Assembly: GCA_963733295.1 (NCBI GenBank)
Contig: CAVTCS010000003.1
Location: forward strand, 512,001 to 576,000
Direction: 5' to 3'
From: Vulcanimicrobiota bacterium
GTDB taxonomy: Bacteria; Vulcanimicrobiota; Vulcanimicrobiia; Vulcanimicrobiales; Vulcanimicrobiaceae
DNA length: 64,000 nucleotides
Below, piece by piece: positions 58,708 through 64,000 of the stretch. The position numbers were made by a program, and so were the translations under genes. The notes under the pieces are model-generated. The model was given only the letters and a program-made list of their open reading frames with translations. It ran no database searches and was not told the DNA's origin. Positions within the stretch are counted from its first letter, which is position 1. Each line of letters starts with the position of its first letter.

Positions 58708-59006
58708 GCGACACGATCGTGACGTCGTCGAGCGGAGCGATCATGGGGCAATACGCGAGCTCCACGGTGCGCGAATTGTGGCGGAGAGCGCGATCACATT
58801 CTCTCACCTCGCCCAATGGGTTCAGCGTCCTCGTCAACGGCGTCGCTGGAGTTGTGTCGCGGCTTCCTGGTGGGAACGTTTTTTCGGTTGTGACTTTTAC
58901 CGTCAAAGGCAACAGGATTGTCGAAATTGACGTAATCCGTGACCCGGATCGGCTGCAGCCACTAAACCTGGCAGCCTTCGAAGCGGGTAAGGTTCGGGAG
59001 GAATAG
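58708..59006 (+). pseudogene. C-terminal SnoaL-like fragment of an ECF41/SigJ sigma factor
   Basis: DVVERSDHGA.RELHGARIVAESAITFSHLA, frameshift, then VLVNGVAG...VTFTV...IVEIDVIRDPDRL; sigma domains absent. Confidence 0.7.
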
Positions 59007-59031
59007 TCTTAACGTTCAACCTTCAACAGCC

Positions 59032-60591
59032 TCACAGGCTGTGACCCTTGCGGGGTCGTGCAACGACAACGTGCTCGACCGTGCTCGGCTCCGCGTGCTG
59101 GGAACGCGCGCAGACGTGTTCATCCGCAGCATCGAGAATGTTCGGCGCGCGTTCGAAAGAGGTGACGTCACGTAGCGATGTCGCGAGTGCGAGCGCCGCC
59201 TTTTTGATGGCGTCCTCGTGCGCTGAGCTGAATCCTAGGACGAGGCCTCGGCAATCAGTCCGCTGCCCGCAGAGCAGCGAAAGCGGGAGGCAGCGGTGTC
59301 CCGGCGGCATGGTGTTCGCAAAGGTAACATCGTCAAAATCGGCGGGCGCCATGATGACGGCGTGCAGTCCGTTGCGAGCAGGGCCGAGGTTGAAACCGGC
59401 CGGAAGGCTCGCTGATAGCACATCCACGAGGACCCGCCGCCGTCGCTCGTAGACGGCAGCCATGCGCCGAACGTGCCGACTAAAGTGTCCTTCCGTGATG
59501 AAGTCTGCGAGCGTTTTTTGTAGGTGTGCAGAAGCGCCAAGACTCGTGATGGCTCGCGTGAAGCGGAACATCTGCGCGAGATGTGGCGGCGCGACGACAT
59601 ACCCCAGGCGTAGCCCGGGGGCAAGCGTCTTGCTAAATGTACCGATGTAGATGACGCGCTCGTCGCGATCCAAGCTTTGCAACGCGGGCAGCGCGTGTGC
59701 ATTGAATTCGCTGTCGTAGTCGTCTTCTACAATGTATGCGTTTGTGGTACAGGCCCACGCGAGCAATTCCGTGCGTCGAGTCAGCGGTAACGCCCCGCCG
59801 AGCGGAAATTGGTGCGAAGGGGTAACGTACGCAAGGACGCAATTCGTCGGGAGTTCGCCCGTACAGATGCCATCGTCATCGACCGGTACCCTGCACAGTA
59901 CCGCACCGTGTCCTGCGAGCACCGCCGTCGCAAGTTGGTAGCACGGATCCTCGATTGCCACGTGATCGCCGGATCGCAGCACGACGAAAGCGGCGAGGTG
60001 AGCCGCACCCTGCGCTCCTTCGACGACAATAATTTGATCTGGATCGGCAACAACACCGCGAAACTGCGCAATGTGGCGCGAGATCGCCTCGCGCAATGCC
60101 AGTAGCCCGGATGATTGGCCGTAGTCTAAATGCTCTAGCCCGCTGGTGAGATTTGCCCGCTCAAGACGCTGCCAAACGCGATGCGGAAAAATGCTAAGGT
60201 CCGGTGCGCCGACTCGCAACGGTCCGAGGGACGATCCGACCGAATCGAGATGGTCCTGGATCAAGGCGAGCTTGCTCGGGCTCGCTGGAAGTGGACGCGG
60301 TGCGGCGGTGGAAACCTCGCGTGCTTCGTGAAGCGTTTTGGTAACGAATGTGCCTGCGCCAACCCGAGCTTCGAGATAACCCTCGGCGATAAGTTGTTCC
60401 AGAGTCGATGTCACAGTGTTGCGCGATAGGCCGAGACGGCAGGCCAGTTCGCGGCTCGGCAGTAGGCGTGAAGCCGCCGGGAAAAAGCCGCTTTCGATCG
60501 CGTTACGGAAGCGCCGCACGAGCTGCGCACCAAGCGGCTCACTCGACGAGCGGTCGGGGAAGAGCGGCTCGAGATCAATTGGCCCTCTCAT
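59032..60591 (-). CDS. MocR/GabR family PLP-dependent transcriptional regulator
   Basis: GntR HTH (LPSRELA..LGLSRNTV), YVTPSHQFPLG, EDDYDSEF and GTFSKTLAPGLRLGY. Confidence 0.93.
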   Translation of the reverse strand: MRGPIDLEPLFPDRSSSEPLGAQLVRRFRNAIESGFFPAASRLLPSRELACRLGLSRNTVTSTLEQLIAEGYLEARVGAGTFVTKTLHEAREVSTAAPRPLPASPSKLALIQDHLDSVGSSLGPLRVGAPDLSIFPHRVWQRLERANLTSGLEHLDYGQSSGLLALREAISRHIAQFRGVVADPDQIIVVEGAQGAAHLAAFVVLRSGDHVAIEDPCYQLATAVLAGHGAVLCRVPVDDDGICTGELPTNCVLAYVTPSHQFPLGGALPLTRRTELLAWACTTNAYIVEDDYDSEFNAHALPALQSLDRDERVIYIGTFSKTLAPGLRLGYVVAPPHLAQMFRFTRAITSLGASAHLQKTLADFITEGHFSRHVRRMAAVYERRRRVLVDVLSASLPAGFNLGPARNGLHAVIMAPADFDDVTFANTMPPGHRCLPLSLLCGQRTDCRGLVLGFSSAHEDAIKKAALALATSLRDVTSFERAPNILDAADEHVCARSQHAEPSTVEHVVVARPRKGHSL

Positions 60592-60660
60592 ACTACCTCG
60601 AATTGGTCCGATACGAAGGTCCATTCCCCCCATAGAATAAGGCGCACGAAACGCCCTATT

Positions 60661-60861
60661 GTGACGATACTCCTCGTCGCCGCCTCAGCAGCGGCCGCTC
60701 CGACTCCGGAACCCTATCCGGTGAGCGCGATCTCGCGCGACGGGCACAACGATTTTAGGTTTGAGTTTGGCAGCTGGCGCACGCATTACCGGTTGCTCAA
60801 AGACCGGCTATCTAAGCTCGTCGAGTACGAGCTCCGAAGAGAATTCGACGAAACTGCCTAA
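60661..60861 (+). pseudogene. Truncated paralogue of the DUF1579-like protein
   Basis: RDGHNDFRFEFGSWRTHYRLLKDRL matches the 57521 gene; homology then stops near 60810. Confidence 0.78.
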
Positions 60862-60865
60862 ATCA

Positions 60866-60999
60866 ACGGTCCACGAAATCGGGACAACTCCAGCTCTCCC
60901 GTCGTGACACTCTCAGTTTACGCCCGCTCGATCGAGGGCCTCAGGCGACAGGCGGTCAACGAGCTGGCTCGTTCGCTCCTGGTCCCGGCGAGGGGCTAA
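60866..60999 (+). pseudogene. C-terminal remnant of a tyrosine integrase
   Basis: TVHEI, a disrupted GH, then SSPVVTLSVYARSIEGLRRQAVNEL: box II pattern with the catalytic Tyr (TAC 60919). Ends about 100 nt before the tRNA. Confidence 0.62.
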
Positions 61000-61005
61000 G
61001 TTTAC

Positions 61006-61055
61006 GTTAGCAAATGTTAACAAATGGCTCTGCTAGACGTTCTCCGTTAGCAAGC
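61006..61055 (+). repeat. Three 10-bp direct repeats, integrase arm-type-like
   Basis: GTTAGCAAAT (61006), GTTAACAAAT (61016) and GTTAGCAAGC (61046), between the integrase remnant and the tRNA. Confidence 0.6.
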
Positions 61056-61098
61056 CCATTTGCGGAAACCGCAATAAACATCGACGTTAGGGACACTT

Positions 61099-61186
61099 GG
61101 AGAGGTGGCAGAGTGGTTGAATGCGGCGGTCTTGAAAACCGCAGACGGTGATGAATCGTCCGTGGGTTCGAATCCCACCCTCTCCT
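61099..61186 (+). tRNA. tRNA-Ser(UGA)
   Basis: Acceptor GGAGAGG/CCTCTCC, anticodon arm GCGGT-CTTGAAA-ACCGC, long variable arm GACGGT/ATCGTC, T arm GTGGG-TTCGAAT-CCCAC; no encoded CCA. Confidence 0.95.
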
Positions 61187-61244
61187 GGACTCCTCTGGGA
61201 TAATACATAACGCCGGGCAAAAGTGCGCCCCCCTCCCGACGGGC

Positions 61245-61280
61245 TCGGATCGGCGGCATGAATCGGATCGGCAGCATGAA
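61245..61280. repeat. 18-bp tandem repeat with one mismatch
   Basis: TCGGATCGGCGGCATGAA followed by TCGGATCGGCAGCATGAA. Confidence 0.8.
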
Positions 61281-61335
61281 TACGAAAGAATCGGAATAAG
61301 CGAGTGAGCACTGTTTGTCGGAATGGGAGTCGTCA

Positions 61336-61779
61336 ATGAGCGTACAAGTCGAACAGAAGAGCTATGAGATGCCTCCGCGGGAGGTTTCACCCTCACGCAT
61401 TTTCTTACTGTCGCCGACATCGAGCGATCGGCTCGCTACTACGAAAAGGTCTTTGGCGGCCGCATTCTGAGCCTGGGCGACAGCAAGGGCGCGTCTGGGC
61501 ACATTCAGATCGCGAATACGTGGCTCATTGTCAACGTCGGGGGCGGGCCCACCCCGGACAAGCCGACGGTAACGCTCAGCGTCCTCGCCGACCCGGATAA
61601 GATCAGCAGCTTTATGAATATCCGCGTTGCGGATATTCAAGCGTGCTATGAACTATGGAAGAGTCGAGGGGCCGAGTTCATCACGGAGCCGATTCCCAAG
61701 TACGGCGAGATTCGCTGCTACATCCGCGATCCTGACGGTTATATTATCGAGGTCGGACAGAGCACAGACCTCACATAGC
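61336..61779 (+). pseudogene. VOC/glyoxalase family gene with a 1-nt frameshift
   Basis: Collinear with 62856-63308, but CGG GAG GTT TC at about 61383 lacks one G of E-G-F. Confidence 0.8.
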
Positions 61780-61781
61780 TG

Positions 61782-61970
61782 GTTACCGTACCAGTGGGAG
61801 TAAGCGCGTTCCCGTACGAACTCTACCAAGCGCCACGCAGCTGGTCTCAAAAAGCGTAACCAAAGCTTATCTACTACAAGAAGCACGACATTGGCGGCCA
61901 CTTTGCAGCGTGGGAGCAACCGCAACTCCTTTCCGAAGACGTTCTCGGGACGTTCCGGTCTGTGCGCTAA
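61782..61970 (+). pseudogene. Epoxide hydrolase C-terminal fragment with an internal stop
   Basis: VTVPVGVSAFPYELYQAPRSWSQKA*PKLIYY..HDIGGHFAAWEQPQLLSEDV...FRSVR*. Confidence 0.78.
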
Positions 61971-61997
61971 ACAAAACAAGACAATAAGGAGCTGAGC

Positions 61998-62759
61998 ATG
62001 AGGCGCCTCTCGATCTTCGCGCTTTCTCTATTGGTTGTTCCGTCGGGAGCGTTCAGCGCGCGCGCTGCGACGCCGGTGAAGAACATCGTCTTGGTACACG
62101 GCGCCTTCGCAGATGGATCGAGTTGGTCCAAAGTGATCCCGCTACTTCAGGCCAAGGGCTATAACGTCATCGCCGTTCAGAATCCGCTTTCATCGCTTGC
62201 CGATGATGTCGCCGCAACGAAGCGCGCGCTTGCGCAGATGAACGGTCCCTTGATCCTCGTCGGACATTCCTGGGCGGGAATGGTCATCAGCGAAGCGGGA
62301 AATGATCCCAAAGTCGCCGGCTTGGTGTATATCTCCGCACTCGTACCGAAAGACGGTCAGTCCGCGGCCGATACGACCAAGGGATATCCCACTGCTCCGG
62401 GCTCTGCAGAAGGTAAACCGGATGCTGCGGGCTACCTGAGCCTCACGCGCAAGGGCGTTGACGAGGATTTTGTTCCCGAACTGCCGGCCGTCGAGCGTGG
62501 GATCGTGTATGCAACGCAGGGGCCGTGGAACTCCGCGGCTCTATCGGAGAAGGTTCTGAATCCGGCGTGGGAGTCGAAGCCGTCCTGGCTGATCGCGGAC
62601 GCCAACGATCGCATGGTCCCACCCCAGTATGAACGAGACACCGCAAGACAAATTCATGCGACGTTGACGGTCCTTCCAGCTGGCCACGTTCCTATGCTCT
62701 CGATGCCGGATCGCGTTGCGGCCGTGATTATCGACGCTGCCAACTCCTCGGTGAAATAA
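61998..62759 (+). CDS. Secreted alpha/beta hydrolase
   Basis: AAGGAG RBS, signal peptide, VLVHGAFADG, GHSWAG, DRMV and GHVPM. Confidence 0.9.
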   Translation: MRRLSIFALSLLVVPSGAFSARAATPVKNIVLVHGAFADGSSWSKVIPLLQAKGYNVIAVQNPLSSLADDVAATKRALAQMNGPLILVGHSWAGMVISEAGNDPKVAGLVYISALVPKDGQSAADTTKGYPTAPGSAEGKPDAAGYLSLTRKGVDEDFVPELPAVERGIVYATQGPWNSAALSEKVLNPAWESKPSWLIADANDRMVPPQYERDTARQIHATLTVLPAGHVPMLSMPDRVAAVIIDAANSSVK

Positions 62760-62855
62760 GGCGAACGAACGTTCGCGCGAGCTTCCGATCGGTTCGGACA
62801 CGGAACGCATAGCCGCCGTGGTAACCGGGACATAGTACTACGATTGGAGAGATCT

Positions 62856-63308
62856 ATGGACGAAGTACAAGTCGAGCAATCGAGCTATCAGATGCCCCCG
62901 CGCGAAGGGTTTACTATCGCGCACTTTCTCACCGTGGCCGACCTCAAGCGATCCGCCGAATTCTACAAAACGGTCTTCGGCGGACAAATTGTGAGCACGG
63001 GCGACGGAGACGCACCCCCGTACATCAAAATCGCCAACACGTGGCTGATTATCAACCTCGGCGGCGGTCCGACACCCGACAAACCGACGGTGACGCTCCG
63101 GGCCCCTCCCGATCCCAATGAGATCAGTAGCTTCATGAACATCCGCGTTGCGGACATTCAAGCATGCTACGAGCTATGGAAGAGTCGGGGAGCGACGTTT
63201 CTCACGGAACCTCTTGAAAAGTACGGTGAGACACGATGCTACATCCGCGATCCTGACGGTTACATCATCGAAGTCGGGCAAAGCAAACCTGGCTTCGCTT
63301 ATGGCTAG
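62856..63308 (+). CDS. VOC/glyoxalase family protein
   Basis: HFLTVADL.RS..FY..VFG, MNIRVADI and YIRDPDGYIIEVGQ. Confidence 0.9.
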   Translation: MDEVQVEQSSYQMPPREGFTIAHFLTVADLKRSAEFYKTVFGGQIVSTGDGDAPPYIKIANTWLIINLGGGPTPDKPTVTLRAPPDPNEISSFMNIRVADIQACYELWKSRGATFLTEPLEKYGETRCYIRDPDGYIIEVGQSKPGFAYG

Positions 63309-63482
63309 CCTGGATCGCGAAATCATAAGCGAGTAAGGCTATTAGGCACGGCTCATCCTTTAGATAGACGCGCCGCGATCGGGCCCAGCAGCCGCTGAGC
63401 GCCGCCGGCCGAGTTCTTTGCCGACAGCTTCCACCGCTCACACGGCGTACGTTGACCGGGCAGCAGGGTGGCGACGAGAGCC

Positions 63483-64000
63483 TCAGTAGCGGCCCGTATC
63501 GATTAACCTCGATTGGGGGGCGTGAGCTTCGCGGGGTGCGAGCATTCGTGTCGAGTTAAGGATGAACGTGAGTTCTGACGTCACGTGGATGAAGGCGGCA
63601 AAGAGCGGGTTCAGAAACCCGAGTGCCGCCAGCAGAATTCCCAGACTATCGACCGCGATCGTTCCGACGAAATTCTGCATTACGATTGCTTTCGTGTGCC
63701 GCGCGATGCGTAAGGTTTCCACGAATCGCGAAAGATCGTTTCCCAGCAGCACGACGTCGGCACTCTCGCGAGCCACGTCAGTCCCGGAGCCCATTGCCAC
63801 TCCGACCGTCGCGCGGGTGAGCGCCGGCGCGTCGTTTACGCCGTCTCCGACCATCGCGACGATTCTACCGGCGTCGACGAGGTTGCCGACGTACTCGCTT
63901 TTCTCCTCGGGTAAGAGCTCGGCGACGACCTCTCCAACGTTCAGCGCGCGTCCGACAGCGGTCGCGACGCGTTCATTGTCGCCGGTCAGAAGAACCGTAC
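63483..64000 (-). CDS. P1B-type heavy-metal ATPase, C-terminal part; start lies outside the window
   Basis: LLTGDN, LLPEEK, MVGDGVNDAPAL and SADVVL. Confidence 0.92.
   Translation of the reverse strand, partial: TVLLTGDNERVATAVGRALNVGEVVAELLPEEKSEYVGNLVDAGRIVAMVGDGVNDAPALTRATVGVAMGSGTDVARESADVVLLGNDLSRFVETLRIARHTKAIVMQNFVGTIAVDSLGILLAALGFLNPLFAAFIHVTSELTFILNSTRMLAPREAHAPQSRLIDTGRY

Larger units (their letters stand above)
56466..61137. mobile_element. Decayed tRNA-Ser-integrated island
   Basis: Bounded by the tRNA 5'-half repeat; AT-richer; contains several pseudogenes, an integrase remnant and arm-type repeats. Confidence 0.65.

Noticed and set aside
61099..61186. Possible selenocysteine or suppressor tRNA
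   Set aside because: The anticodon is UGA (reads UCA, Ser), not UCA, and the acceptor stem is a normal 7 bp.

Overview
High-GC bacterial chromosome segment. The Pro/Ser/Thr-linker lipoproteins and gene style suggest Eremiobacterota/Vulcanimicrobiota, but that is inference only. Bases 1-55.5 kb are dense, mostly metabolic genes: beta-oxidation, fumC, beta-carbonic anhydrase, a PLP decarboxylase, a PucR regulator plus an atypical glutamine-synthetase-family gene, a TPP-dependent dehydrogenase/SDR/TRAP catabolic cluster, glpX plus class I aldolase, an S8 protease and a multicopper oxidase. The clearest regulatory system is an M-box (ykoK) Mg2+ riboswitch, with its promoter and terminator. It leads an operon of a soluble MgtE N-terminal/CBS protein, an Nramp-related transporter and an uncharacterised probable outer-membrane beta-barrel. 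From about 55.6 kb the DNA is more AT-rich and decayed. An intact tRNA-Ser(UGA) at 61099 has a 5'-half copy 4.6 kb upstream. A tyrosine-integrase C-terminal remnant and arm-type repeats lie just before the tRNA. Between the two tRNA copies is a duplicated MocR/secreted-protein module with reciprocal pseudogenisation. No CRISPR array or rRNA was seen. All calls come from reading the sequence; no database search was run.
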